A stretch of DNA of 64,000 nucleotides from Bacteroidales bacterium (GCA_017544805.1 JAFYDK010000015.1:6858-70857); one strand, 5' to 3'. Shown: positions 19,930 through 30,206, counted from the stretch's first letter. A program made the numbers and translations. Notes: generated from the letters alone by a model not told the origin.

Positions 19930-20099
19930 TTCACAATCTTTTTTATAGTATGTTTCTAAAAAAATAATCAGCAAATATTGTGTTTTTTTTTATCTTTAGA
20001 AAATATTTTTTTACTTTTTTTTAACGAATAAACGTTTTTTTCAAAAAAAAATATTTACTTCGCATTTGTAAAATGTTCGTTATTCAAATCACATTAACA

Positions 20100-22472
20100 A
20101 TGCTGAAAAAACTATTTTTTGCCGCCTTAATACTGATTATTAACGTCTATAACGCTAATTCTCAAGCTATTGAACTCGATTATGGCGACATGGCCAATAT
20201 CGGCGACGGATTCATATATGCCGTAAAACATTTTAAGAATTCTGAAATGACGGTTTCAAAACTCGATGCTATGAACTGGGATATTTCCGGTTTTGAGCCC
20301 GAAAGTTTTGATACTGTGAGATTCTATTCCAAAAATCGCAGTCGCTACGGCAATTTGTTTCCTAATGCAGAGATACTCAAATTTCAAACCAAAAAAAATA
20401 TGGAATTTCTCACCGTGGATTCTTCCAAAATAAAAATGCACGGAATTATCAACGATTATTTAGGATTGAAAGCCACCGTCGTACTTGTTTTTCCGACGGA
20501 ACTCGCACTTTATAAATTTCCTATCAAAGTAGGTAGTTATTTGAATGACAGCATTTCTAAAAAGTTTGTTTCAAGTTACGGTTTAAAACAATATGCCGAT
20601 TCCGTACGCATAGACCTCGACATGAGCAATTATTCCGAATTCGATACCTCAGGCATCATAAAAACTCCCATGGATTCTTACAACACAATCCGAGAAAAAA
20701 ATACCGTTTACAAAAAAATTGTTGCATACAAAAATTCGCGTTTAATGGGTTGGATGCCCGCGCCTGAATTTTCGAGCAAAACGAATCAGATTTTTTACCG
20801 TTGGTTTTCTAAAAAATGCGGAATAGCCGTCATGGAAGCCGAAGCGGATGCAAACGGCAATATCACGACAATACGTTATCAATACCGTCAACCGATGGAA
20901 GTGAGTTTGGAAAAAACTGACGTTAATTGCAAAGGCAAAAATACGGGTTCAATTCAGGTTTTGGTCTCGGGCGGAACACCCGATTATAAATTCCGATGGT
21001 CGAACGGAAAACGCGGCAGAAAACTTGACAGTCTGAAAGCAGGCGTTTATTCCGTAGAAGTAACAGACAGTAAGGGAACTAAAATTACTAAATCCATAGA
21101 AATCACCGAACCCAATGAAGAGTTAAAACTAAAAATTCAAAGCCGCAACATCCGCTGTTACGGCGAACACGATGCAACGTTAAAAGCCGTGGTAACGGGC
21201 GGAACAAAACCATATTACATTGTTTGGTCTGATGATACCGAAGCCGAAGAAATTTCAAACAAAGGTACGGGAGTTTACGGTTGCATAATCCGTGATGCTC
21301 AACGTTGCTTTGTTTGGGACTCCGTTGAAATTACCGCGCCCGATGTTCCGTTGATGTTTTCGCCGAAAGTGGAACATTCGCTTTGCAAATCAAAACCTAA
21401 AGGCGCATTGATTTTTGATGTCAGCGGTGGCGGCAAACCTTACAAATATTTCCTCGAAGACAAAGAAACAACGGAAAAAGCAGAAAACCTTTTAGCTGGA
21501 ACTTACAACATGAAAGTCATCGACAATTGGGGCTGCGAAATCTCACGCACAGCAACAATCCACGAACCAGAGAAAGAGTTAGAGGCTTTAGGCGAAGTCT
21601 CGCACGTTACTTGTTCGGGCGGAGAAAACGGTAGCATCACGATAAAACCTACGGGCGGGACTCCGGGATATAGTTTTCTTTGGAGCAACGATGCCACAAC
21701 CAAAGACATTAAGAATTTATCCTCCGGCGTTTATCGCGTTAAAATTTCCGATTCACATAACTGCGCCATCGAAAAATCTTTCACGATAAACGCCCCGCAA
21801 AACATTTTGAAACTTGATTACGAAATCTCAGATGTTACTTGCAAAAACGGACACAACGGAATTATCCGCGCTAAAGGCTCAGGAGGCTCAGAGCCATACC
21901 TCATTACTTGCAACAACAAACTCAAAGGCGAAAAATTTGAAAACCTCAAAGCTGGAAACTACGATTTAAAATTAACCGATCATAATAATTGCATTATAAT
22001 CGAAACCGTAATAATTTCCGAACCCGAAGAAGAAATGACGGCAGAAATCGAAACCGAAAATTCTCCGTGCAGAGGCAAAGCCTTAGGAAAAATCAGCGTT
22101 AAAGCCGAAAACGGAAAACCGCCTTACCGTTATGTTTGGGAAAACAATCAAACGGGCGAAACCCATGAAAACCTTTCAGCCGGAAATTATTCCGTAAAAG
22201 TTTATGACTCAGGAAATTGCATGGTTGAGAAAAAAGCCGTCATCACTTGGCCAGAAAAAGAACTCTCAGTAGAGGTGAAAACTCAAAAACCCTCATCAGG
22301 AAAAAGCGACGGCTCGGCAATCATTTCCGTCAGCGGCGGAGCAATGCCTTACAATGTTATCTGGGAGGACGGAAACACAGATTTGAACCGAAGAGAAATG
22401 TCAAAAGGAAAATATTCTTTTAAGGTTGAGGACAAAAACGGATGCATTATTGAAAAAAATATAGCATTTTAA
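20100..22472 (+). CDS. Secreted protein with 7 SprB-type repeats
   Basis: Signal MLKKLFFAALILIINVYNANSQ. Seven ~75-aa units of the pattern C.G...G.I.....GG..PY.Y.W...........L.AG.Y.V.V.D..GC (for example CKGKNTGSIQVLVSGGTPDYKFRWSNG). Confidence 0.7.
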   Translation: MLKKLFFAALILIINVYNANSQAIELDYGDMANIGDGFIYAVKHFKNSEMTVSKLDAMNWDISGFEPESFDTVRFYSKNRSRYGNLFPNAEILKFQTKKNMEFLTVDSSKIKMHGIINDYLGLKATVVLVFPTELALYKFPIKVGSYLNDSISKKFVSSYGLKQYADSVRIDLDMSNYSEFDTSGIIKTPMDSYNTIREKNTVYKKIVAYKNSRLMGWMPAPEFSSKTNQIFYRWFSKKCGIAVMEAEADANGNITTIRYQYRQPMEVSLEKTDVNCKGKNTGSIQVLVSGGTPDYKFRWSNGKRGRKLDSLKAGVYSVEVTDSKGTKITKSIEITEPNEELKLKIQSRNIRCYGEHDATLKAVVTGGTKPYYIVWSDDTEAEEISNKGTGVYGCIIRDAQRCFVWDSVEITAPDVPLMFSPKVEHSLCKSKPKGALIFDVSGGGKPYKYFLEDKETTEKAENLLAGTYNMKVIDNWGCEISRTATIHEPEKELEALGEVSHVTCSGGENGSITIKPTGGTPGYSFLWSNDATTKDIKNLSSGVYRVKISDSHNCAIEKSFTINAPQNILKLDYEISDVTCKNGHNGIIRAKGSGGSEPYLITCNNKLKGEKFENLKAGNYDLKLTDHNNCIIIETVIISEPEEEMTAEIETENSPCRGKALGKISVKAENGKPPYRYVWENNQTGETHENLSAGNYSVKVYDSGNCMVEKKAVITWPEKELSVEVKTQKPSSGKSDGSAIISVSGGAMPYNVIWEDGNTDLNRREMSKGKYSFKVEDKNGCIIEKNIAF

Positions 22473-22484
22473 AGAAAAAGTTAT

Positions 22485-22492
22485 TAACTTTG
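22485..22492 (+). promoter_or_regulatory. Bacteroidota -7 promoter box (TAnnTTTG)
   Basis: TAACTTTG about 27 nt upstream of the rdgB ATG at 22519. Confidence 0.45.
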
Positions 22493-22518
22493 CCCGCAAG
22501 AAAAAAAATTTAACTGGT

Positions 22519-23091
22519 ATGGAATTAATTTTTGCGACAGGCAACAGCAACAAAATTGCAGAAGCCCAAGCGATTATAAAAAATCATAAAATACTTTCAC
22601 TCAAGGACATAAACTGTTTTGAGGACATTCCCGAAACGCATGAGACAATTTACGAAAACGCTTTGGAAAAGGCAGAGTACATTTGGAAAAAATACGGAAA
22701 AAGTTGTTTTTCGGACGATACGGGACTTGAAGTAGAAGCATTAGGAGGCAAACCAGGCGTATACTCCGCACGTTATGCCGGTCAGGATAAAAACCCTGAA
22801 AAAAATATGGACAAACTTTTAGAAGAATTGGAAGGAAAAACAAACCGCAAAGCACAGTTTCATACTGAAGTTGTTTTGATTTTAGAAGGAAAAGTTTACA
22901 GCTTCCAAGGTTTTGTTCACGGTGTTATAACAAATGAAAAACGCGGTAGTCACGGATTTGGTTACGACCCGATATTCCTACCCGAGGGTTTCAACAAGAC
23001 GTTAGCAGAACTTAGTTCTGAAGAAAAAAATAAAATTTCACACAGAGGCATGGCTTTAGAAAAAATGGGTCGGTTTTTGTGGGAGTATTAA
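22519..23091 (+). CDS. rdgB: Non-canonical purine NTP pyrophosphatase (RdgB/HAM1 family)
   Basis: FATGNSNKIAEA, SDDTGLEVEALGGKPGVYSARYAG, GFGYDPIF and SHRG motifs. Confidence 0.9.
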   Translation: MELIFATGNSNKIAEAQAIIKNHKILSLKDINCFEDIPETHETIYENALEKAEYIWKKYGKSCFSDDTGLEVEALGGKPGVYSARYAGQDKNPEKNMDKLLEELEGKTNRKAQFHTEVVLILEGKVYSFQGFVHGVITNEKRGSHGFGYDPIFLPEGFNKTLAELSSEEKNKISHRGMALEKMGRFLWEY

Positions 23092-23112
23092 TTCATAAAA
23101 AATTAAGAGAAA

Positions 23113-24213
23113 ATGAGGAACTTTTCAATACTTTGCGTTGATGATAATCCTGTAAATCTGCAACTTTTGGATAGAGCATTCTTTGATGAAGGGTATATCG
23201 TATATATAGCTAAATCAGGACAGCAGGCAATAGAAATTGCAAAAGAAAAAATCCCGGATTTGATACTTTTGGATATTGCAATGCCCGGTATGGATGGTTT
23301 TGCCGTTTTGCAAGAGTTAAGATCAATACCCGAAACCTCTGATATTATCGTAATTTTTGTTACAGCAATCGACGAAAACGAAGAAATGATAAGAGGACTT
23401 TCGCTCGGTGCGGTAGATTATGTGGTAAAACCTATAGATTTCAAGGAATTTTTACCAAAAGTTAGCAACATCTTACAATTAAAAGCGCAAAACGAAATCT
23501 TAAACAAAGAAAAGAACGCAGCTCAAAATATAATGAAAGTTCAGACTAAACTTTATACTTTTACTTTAGATGAACTCATTAACAAATTAACTAACAATGG
23601 CAACGCGTTAGAAAAACTTTCCGAAGAAATTTCCAATACAACCATTAAGACGGAGATAGAAAAAATCAAAACCGATAATGCTTTTGTATTAAACCGTTTG
23701 GAAAAACTTGAAATGCGCTCCAAAATTATCAACAACTCCGTCACGGCAAATTATTCTAAATTCGACCTTGATTTGTTGATAAAAGCAGCCGTAGGAATTT
23801 ACGCTCCTTTGGCAAAACAAAAATCTGTAACAATGATTTACGAGAATCCGGGCAATCATATCGTTTATGCCGACAGAAAACTTATTGAGGTTACAATTGA
23901 CAATCTGCTCTCTAATGCGGTTAAATTTACACCTCACGGAGGCGATATTATAATTGATGCTTCTGATTATCCGGAAAACCCCAAAATATATACTCAAGTA
24001 ACTGTTTACGACACGGGCTCGGGACTCTCGCCGGAACAAGTGTCAACAATTTTCAGCGACGAAAACTTCGTGAAAGACGAAAACGGCAAAAACGGTTTAG
24101 GACTTGGTATCGCATATCATTTCGTAAAACTTTGTAAAGGTAAAATCTGGGTGGAATCAATGCCGGGAATCGGTAGCGATTTCAAATTCATAATTCCCAA
24201 ATCAGAAATATAA
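23113..24213 (+). CDS. Response-regulator receiver fused to a histidine-kinase-type ATPase domain, with no histidine in the DHp region
   Basis: The REC domain is intact (VDDNP, LLDIAMPGMDG, FVTA, VVKP). HATPase N/G boxes are LLSNAVKFTP, DTGSGL and GLGLGIA. The ~110-aa linker contains no His. Confidence 0.75.
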   Translation: MRNFSILCVDDNPVNLQLLDRAFFDEGYIVYIAKSGQQAIEIAKEKIPDLILLDIAMPGMDGFAVLQELRSIPETSDIIVIFVTAIDENEEMIRGLSLGAVDYVVKPIDFKEFLPKVSNILQLKAQNEILNKEKNAAQNIMKVQTKLYTFTLDELINKLTNNGNALEKLSEEISNTTIKTEIEKIKTDNAFVLNRLEKLEMRSKIINNSVTANYSKFDLDLLIKAAVGIYAPLAKQKSVTMIYENPGNHIVYADRKLIEVTIDNLLSNAVKFTPHGGDIIIDASDYPENPKIYTQVTVYDTGSGLSPEQVSTIFSDENFVKDENGKNGLGLGIAYHFVKLCKGKIWVESMPGIGSDFKFIIPKSEI

Positions 24214-24291
24214 CTTCTTGAATTTCAATTTTTTAAGAAAAAACACAAAAAAAGTCGTTTTATTTTTGGTAAAATATTAAAAAAAAACTAT

Positions 24292-24299
24292 TATCTTTG
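24292..24299 (+). promoter_or_regulatory. Bacteroidota -7 promoter box (TAnnTTTG)
   Basis: TATCTTTG about 38 nt upstream of the ATG at 24337. Confidence 0.45.
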
Positions 24300-24336
24300 C
24301 AGACTAAAATAGTTTTTACAAAGAAATCTTAACTTT

Positions 24337-25197
24337 ATGGAGAAGAAAAAAATTTTATTTGTTTCACAAGAAATAACGCCCTATTTGCCGGAAACGCAAA
24401 TGTCAATAATCGGCAGATACCTTCCGCAAGGGATTCAAGAAAAGAAAAAGGAAATAAGGGCTTTCATGCCGCGTTACGGTTCTATCAACGAACGCAGGAA
24501 TATGCTCCATGAAGTAATCCGTCTTTCGGGTATGAACCTCATCATTGACGATACCGATCATTCTTTGATAATAAAAGTGGCTTCGATTCAATCAGCAAGG
24601 ATGCAGGTTTATTTCATCGACAATGAGGATTTTTTTCAACGCAAAGGAATCGTTACCGACAAAGACGGAAAGTATTTTGAGGACAACGATGAGAGAGCAA
24701 TATTTTTTGCACGCGGAGTTTTGGAAACGGTAAAAAAATTGCGTTGGTCACCCGATTTGGTTCATTGCCATGGCTGGATTACCTCGTTAGTACCGCTTTA
24801 TTTGAAAAACGCTTTCAAGGAAGACCCGCTTTTCTCGAAATCAAAAGTAGTATATTCCGTTTATAATGACGACTATCCGGGCTGTTTTCCGAAAAATTTT
24901 GCAAAGAAACTCAAAGTAGACGGTGTTCAAGAAAAAGATTTGGACGTCGTAAGAGAAACTCCCGACTTCGTAAATCTTTCAAAATTAGCAATCAATATGT
25001 CCGATGCCGTAATTTTCGGACACCCTGATATTGCCCCTGCCGTAAAAGAATACACCGAAAAATGCGGCAAACCGTACTTACAATATCACGACATGGACAC
25101 ATACGTTGATGCTTATTCCGATTTTTATGATATGATTTTATCGGAAGGAGCTCCTCAAGAAAACGAGAAAAAGACAAAAAGAAAATCAGCAATTTAG
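24337..25197 (+). CDS. Short Bacteroidota-type glycogen/starch synthase-like protein (GT5 N-terminal domain)
   Basis: KILFVSQEITPYLPET..., LVHCHGWITSLVPLYLK, and the conserved position upstream of DUF4270 and glmS. Confidence 0.65.
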   Translation: MEKKKILFVSQEITPYLPETQMSIIGRYLPQGIQEKKKEIRAFMPRYGSINERRNMLHEVIRLSGMNLIIDDTDHSLIIKVASIQSARMQVYFIDNEDFFQRKGIVTDKDGKYFEDNDERAIFFARGVLETVKKLRWSPDLVHCHGWITSLVPLYLKNAFKEDPLFSKSKVVYSVYNDDYPGCFPKNFAKKLKVDGVQEKDLDVVRETPDFVNLSKLAINMSDAVIFGHPDIAPAVKEYTEKCGKPYLQYHDMDTYVDAYSDFYDMILSEGAPQENEKKTKRKSAI

Positions 25198-25211
25198 AGA
25201 AAGACTACATA

Positions 25212-26513
25212 ATGAAAAACGGTTTTATTTTTGCAGCAGCCTCGTTTGTTGTGTTATCGCTTACAAACGGTTGCGACAACGAAGAAAAAATGGGTGCGGA
25301 TATTATTCCCGCCTCTGATATTGCCGCAATAAAAATTATTGATACCGTTACGGTAAATGCTTATACGGAGAAAGAAAAAGCTTTAGTTTCTTCAAATCAA
25401 AATTATTTGCTTGTCGGAATGATGGAAGACCCTGTCTTCGGACAAACACAAACCTCATTCGCAGCAAAATTTTCAAATACCTCTTACGGCTCTTACAAAG
25501 ATAATGCTATTGTGGACTCAGTAATTTTGAGCCTCGGATTCAATTTAAGTAATCCTTCATACGGCGATACAATAACTGAATGTAACATAGATGTTTATCC
25601 GTTAGAGAAAAAAATTTATTACGACACAACTTATTATTCTGATTTCGACATCAGCGGCTATTTATCGGAAAAACCGGTAGGAAGTTTCAAATTTTCGCCG
25701 CAAAACGCTGAAACGCTGATTAAAACGAAACTCGACGTGGAATACGGCAATAAAATTTTGCAAGCCACACGCGATACGACCTTTGACGAGAATATTTGCG
25801 GATTGTATTTTCTTCCAACAGAAGGAAATTCTATTATGAGATTCTCATATTCAAGCTCTTACACCGGCTATACGGTTTATTATCATCTGCCCGATGAAGA
25901 AGATAACCCACGCAACGTTTCGTATTCAATTGCAAACGACGATGCAAGAATCAATCTCATAAAACACGATTATTCTTCAACTACGTTTAATAATGATTTT
26001 TTCAATACTGAAACGGAAAATCAATACGCTTATCTTCAATCGCTTGTAGGAACAAAGATAAGATTGGATTTTCCGAATTTGAAAGAATTGAATAAAAACA
26101 ATCTCAACGGGAAATATTATACGATTTTAAGGGCTCAACTAATTGCGCCGTTAGCGGAAAACCAAGTAAGCCAAGAAGAGAGTTTTCCTGCTATACCCTC
26201 ACTCGTTTGTGTAGGCAGCATAGAGGGTGAAGATAATACTTTTTATTTTCCGGAATATTTAAAAACGCAAAACTACGTTACTACCATAGTACCGATTAGT
26301 ATTGACGAAAAGAATCATCAGTATAGCATAAATTTAACGGCAAGAATTGTCGATATGCTAAAAACATACTCTTTGGGTTCAACGCCGAAATATTCTGTGT
26401 ATCTCTATCCGGCAAATCCTGTTACGGATTTCAGCCGGAGCATTATTAATACTAATAAACATTCTGACAAGCCTATGCGACTTGTTGTAGAATATATAAC
26501 TTACGAAAAATAA
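25212..26513 (+). CDS. DUF4270-like lipoprotein
   Basis: Lipobox SLTNGC. 433 aa. Sits between the glycogen-synthase-like gene and glmS, as is usual in Bacteroidales. The family label comes from memory of this gene order. Confidence 0.5.
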   Translation: MKNGFIFAAASFVVLSLTNGCDNEEKMGADIIPASDIAAIKIIDTVTVNAYTEKEKALVSSNQNYLLVGMMEDPVFGQTQTSFAAKFSNTSYGSYKDNAIVDSVILSLGFNLSNPSYGDTITECNIDVYPLEKKIYYDTTYYSDFDISGYLSEKPVGSFKFSPQNAETLIKTKLDVEYGNKILQATRDTTFDENICGLYFLPTEGNSIMRFSYSSSYTGYTVYYHLPDEEDNPRNVSYSIANDDARINLIKHDYSSTTFNNDFFNTETENQYAYLQSLVGTKIRLDFPNLKELNKNNLNGKYYTILRAQLIAPLAENQVSQEESFPAIPSLVCVGSIEGEDNTFYFPEYLKTQNYVTTIVPISIDEKNHQYSINLTARIVDMLKTYSLGSTPKYSVYLYPANPVTDFSRSIINTNKHSDKPMRLVVEYITYEK

Positions 26514-26552
26514 TAACCATTAACATTAATTAATTTATACTAAGAAAAAACT

Positions 26553-28394
26553 ATGTGCGGAATTGTTGGCTATATAGGAGGCAAAGAAGTTTATCCTATA
26601 CTAATTGATGGTCTTAAAAGACTGGAATACAGAGGTTACGACTCTTCAGGAGTTGCAGTTTTCTGCGCAAACGTGCCTCACATTTACAAAGTAAAAGGTA
26701 AAATTTCGGATTTGGAAAGATTCATCGGTGATAATCCTAAAAAAGGAACTCTCGGAATCGGACATACCCGTTGGGCAACGCACGGCGAGCCTAACGATAT
26801 AAATGCTCACCCGCATATCTCAATGAAGGGCAAATTTGTAATCGTTCACAACGGTATCATCGAAAACTATGCAACTCTGAAGAAAAAACTCGTTAATAGA
26901 GGTTATACTTTTAAATCCGAAACCGATACCGAAGTTTTGGCAAACCTCATTGAATATATTTACGAGTTCGGAAAAGTTTCAGCAACGGACGCCGTAAGAT
27001 TTGCTTTGAACAAGGTTCAAGGAGCATACGGAATTGCCGTTATCTGTACTGATGAATGTGATAAATTAATTGTTGCAAGAAATTCAAGTCCTCTTGTTAT
27101 CGGTGTAGGCGAAAAAGAGTTTTATGTCGGCTCCGATGCTACTCCTTTCGTTCAGTACACTAACAACGTCATCTATCTTGACAACGAAAATATGGCGGTT
27201 TTGACACGTAACGGCAAAGTCGATATTAAAACCATTAAGAACGACGTTATAAAGCCCGAAATTCAAACCGTAGACCTCAATTTTGACGAAATAGAAAAAG
27301 GCGGCTATTCACATTTTATGTTGAAAGAAATTTACGAACAGCCGAAATCCATAAGCGATACTATCCGCGGACGTGTAGATTTAACTCACAATTCTATCGT
27401 TTTAGGAGGTTTGATGCCGGTAATGTCCAAGATTATGAACGCAAGAAGAATCATAATCGTAGGCTGCGGAACAAGTTGGCACGCCGGAATTATGGGCGAA
27501 TACCTTTTTGAAGAGTATTCACGCATACCCGTAGAAGTGGAATACGCCTCTGAATTCCGTTACAGAGATCCCGTTATCAATTCTGACGATGTAGTAATCG
27601 CTATCTCGCAATCCGGCGAAACGGCTGACACTTTGGCCGCCGTAAAACTCGCAAAAGAAAAAGGCGCAACAGTAATCGGTATTTGTAACGTTGTAGGTTC
27701 AAGTATTTCAAGAGAAACACACGCCGGAGTTTATACTCATGCCGGTCCTGAAATCGGTGTTGCAAGTACAAAAGCTTTTACGGCGCAAGTTATGGTTTTG
27801 GCGATGATGGCTCTCTCTATCGGAAAAGCAAAATATAATATCGCTCCCGAAATGTACATGAGCCTTTTGAACGAACTTATCACCGTTCCGCAAAAAATAG
27901 AAGAATTTTTGGAAAAACCCGACCAAGTCAAAAAAATTGCCGAACTTTACAAAAATTCGCCAAATTTCATCTATTTAGGACGCGGTTGCTATTATCCGAT
28001 AGCACTTGAAGGAGCACTTAAATTAAAAGAGATAAGTTACATTCATGCAACGGGTTATCCGGCAGCAGAAATGAAACACGGACCTATCGCTTTAATTGAT
28101 AACAAAATGCCTGTTGTCGTAATTGCAGCAAACCGCCGCGGTTATGACAAAATCGTAAACAACGTTCAAGAAGTAAAAGCCCGCAAAGGTATTATTATCG
28201 CTATCGTACGCGAAGGCGATGAAACAATATCAAAAATGGCTGACCACGTTATTGAAGTACCAAAATTTACGACAGCTATCGGTGCATTAATAACGATAAT
28301 TCCTTTGCAACTTCTAAGTTATTACATAGCCGTAATGAGAGGTTGCAACGTTGATCAACCGAGAAATTTAGCTAAATCAGTAACAGTAGAATAA
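26553..28394 (+). CDS. glmS: Glutamine--fructose-6-phosphate aminotransferase
   Basis: N-terminal MCGIVGY nucleophile, two SIS domains (GCGTSWHAG, SQSGETADT), C-terminal NLAKSVTVE. Confidence 0.97.
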   Translation: MCGIVGYIGGKEVYPILIDGLKRLEYRGYDSSGVAVFCANVPHIYKVKGKISDLERFIGDNPKKGTLGIGHTRWATHGEPNDINAHPHISMKGKFVIVHNGIIENYATLKKKLVNRGYTFKSETDTEVLANLIEYIYEFGKVSATDAVRFALNKVQGAYGIAVICTDECDKLIVARNSSPLVIGVGEKEFYVGSDATPFVQYTNNVIYLDNENMAVLTRNGKVDIKTIKNDVIKPEIQTVDLNFDEIEKGGYSHFMLKEIYEQPKSISDTIRGRVDLTHNSIVLGGLMPVMSKIMNARRIIIVGCGTSWHAGIMGEYLFEEYSRIPVEVEYASEFRYRDPVINSDDVVIAISQSGETADTLAAVKLAKEKGATVIGICNVVGSSISRETHAGVYTHAGPEIGVASTKAFTAQVMVLAMMALSIGKAKYNIAPEMYMSLLNELITVPQKIEEFLEKPDQVKKIAELYKNSPNFIYLGRGCYYPIALEGALKLKEISYIHATGYPAAEMKHGPIALIDNKMPVVVIAANRRGYDKIVNNVQEVKARKGIIIAIVREGDETISKMADHVIEVPKFTTAIGALITIIPLQLLSYYIAVMRGCNVDQPRNLAKSVTVE

Positions 28395-28413
28395 TCTTTT
28401 TAAAACAAACACC

Positions 28414-29337
28414 ATGAAAAAACTTACTAATCTGCTCCTGATGTTTTTGCTGTTATCAACAATAGCGTGTGATCCGTCAGATGACAATGAAGACAACGAG
28501 AAAGTAGAAACAGAAGAATTTTTCACTCCGGGCGACAAGAAAGTTGGTCTTGTACTCAGCGGAGGCGGAGCAAAAGGCGCAGTAGAAATCGGTGCACTCA
28601 AAGTAATAGAACGCAACAACATAAAAGTAGACTATATTTCAGGTACAAGTATAGGTTCAATAATGGGCGCGCTCTATTCTGCCGGATATACAGCTCAAGA
28701 ATTGGAGGATTTTTTCTCGTCGCTTGATAAGGAAGAAGCTAAAAAAAGTTCTGTAATCAGAGAAATTGTCGGCAAATTACTGGAGGCCAAAGGCGTTTCT
28801 ACATTTAGTGATTTAAAAATTCCTTTCCGCTGCGTAACCGCCGATACCAAAGAATTAAAAGAAGTTGTTCTTTCGGAAGGTTCTGTACTTGAGGCCGTTA
28901 TGGCATCCTCTGCAATTCCGTACATTTACGATAACGTAAAAATCGACGGTCATACATACGTTGACGGTGGTTTTTACAACAATCTCCCCGTAGATGTTGT
29001 TTTGGATATGGGCGCAGAATACACTATCGTAGTAGACCTACGTCAAGATGGTGAATCGTTTGTACCACCGGAGTTGGAACCCGCAGTTAAGGCACTCCTC
29101 AAACTGCCGCACACCTCAGAAACAATACTCGGAGAGGCAAGGGAACTTGTTAAAGTATATTATGACACCCGCCCCGACTTAGAAAAATACGAGAACAACA
29201 AAACTCATGCTAACAATTACATACATCCCGATTTAACCGGTTTTAACGCATTGAGTTTCGGAGAGGATAATGTTAAAAAAATGGTGGAAATCGGTGAAAA
29301 AACCGCTGAAATTAAATTAATAATACCTCAAGAATAG
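28414..29337 (+). CDS. Patatin-like phospholipase, exported
   Basis: Signal/lipobox LLLSTIAC. Oxyanion GLVLSGGGAKG, serine motif GTSIGS, and the catalytic Asp in YVDGGF. Confidence 0.85.
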   Translation: MKKLTNLLLMFLLLSTIACDPSDDNEDNEKVETEEFFTPGDKKVGLVLSGGGAKGAVEIGALKVIERNNIKVDYISGTSIGSIMGALYSAGYTAQELEDFFSSLDKEEAKKSSVIREIVGKLLEAKGVSTFSDLKIPFRCVTADTKELKEVVLSEGSVLEAVMASSAIPYIYDNVKIDGHTYVDGGFYNNLPVDVVLDMGAEYTIVVDLRQDGESFVPPELEPAVKALLKLPHTSETILGEARELVKVYYDTRPDLEKYENNKTHANNYIHPDLTGFNALSFGEDNVKKMVEIGEKTAEIKLIIPQE

Positions 29338-29363
29338 TTTTTTTATTAATTTCCACAAAAACT

Positions 29364-29419
29364 TAAAAAAAATCCGGTTATACCCGCAACATTATGGATA
29401 TAGCCGGATTTTTTTTTAT
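29364..29419. terminator. Bidirectional terminator between the patatin gene and 29432..30154
   Basis: Stem aatccggttata / tatagccggatt (one G-U pair), flanked by A8 and T9 runs. Confidence 0.75.
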
Positions 29420-29431
29420 TTTAAACCTATT

Positions 29432-30154
29432 TTATTTCAAACCTTTCCATTCACCTTTAATCTGCTGACATTGTGTATAAAACGAAGGACAATTATTCAT
29501 TTTGTATAATCCTAATTCTTCGTCATCTTCAAACATCACAATTTCGCATTGACGCTGATGAGTATCCCAACCGCCGCCAAGGACGTACATATAGTATACC
29601 GTTCCGTATTTTGGGAAAGTCATCGGTTTGATACCGTTAGCACTGCCCTGACATTTAATCGTATAAGGCTCTGTCGGAGCATAAGAATTGGTTCTGATAG
29701 CTCCGTCCATTAATGCCGCCGGAATATAACGTTGAGAATAACTTCCGTAATTTCCGAAACGGTCTTTGAGAATATTCAAAACCGAAGATACATTGTTAGG
29801 AGTGTTAATAAGGCGGATACATTTTTCTCCGACGGTTTTGTCCCTGCCATACATCTCCATTGCCATTATCATCATTGCAGCAGTGCCGTTGATATGTTTA
29901 CCGAGAAACTCCTTGTAAACTTTTTCAAATTCGGCATAATCGGAAGGAATGTTTGAAAAAACAACCTCGTTGAAATCTGAAGTCGTGATTTTATCCTTTT
30001 TAAAATCGCCCTTGACTTGATACGTATGTTCGCCGTAACGGTAAACATCGCCGTCAGAAGTTTTTTCCAAAGAAGTCGGAATTTCTGAAGCGTTAGTAAA
30101 AGCCATGCTCAAAATTGCTGCAAAAGCTATAAAAATCAAAAATAATCTTTTCAT
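29432..30154 (-). CDS. Secreted hypothetical protein
   Basis: A 240-aa ORF with a signal peptide (MKRLFLIFIAFAAILSMAFTNA), its own CAAATATA promoter box and a convergent terminator. I recognise no family. Confidence 0.5.
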   Translation of the reverse strand: MKRLFLIFIAFAAILSMAFTNASEIPTSLEKTSDGDVYRYGEHTYQVKGDFKKDKITTSDFNEVVFSNIPSDYAEFEKVYKEFLGKHINGTAAMMIMAMEMYGRDKTVGEKCIRLINTPNNVSSVLNILKDRFGNYGSYSQRYIPAALMDGAIRTNSYAPTEPYTIKCQGSANGIKPMTFPKYGTVYYMYVLGGGWDTHQRQCEIVMFEDDEELGLYKMNNCPSFYTQCQQIKGEWKGLK

Positions 30155-30198
30155 TTTTTTAGATAGTTTTAATTAGAAAATATTAGTTACTTTTGGGA

Positions 30199-30206
30199 CA
30201 AATATA
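30199..30206 (-). promoter_or_regulatory. Bacteroidota -7 promoter box (TAnnTTTG)
   Basis: The minus strand reads TATATTTG, about 45 nt upstream of the start at 30154. Confidence 0.35.

Noticed and set aside
26514-26552. A possible glmS ribozyme or riboswitch upstream of glmS.
   Set aside because: Only 39 nt of AT-rich spacer separate glmS from the preceding gene. That is far too short for the ribozyme, which is also not expected in this phylum.
28414-29337. The patatin-like phospholipase as an anti-phage (CBASS-type) effector.
   Set aside because: It has an export/lipoprotein leader. It sits 20 nt after glmS in a housekeeping context and has no cyclase, sensor or other defence gene nearby.
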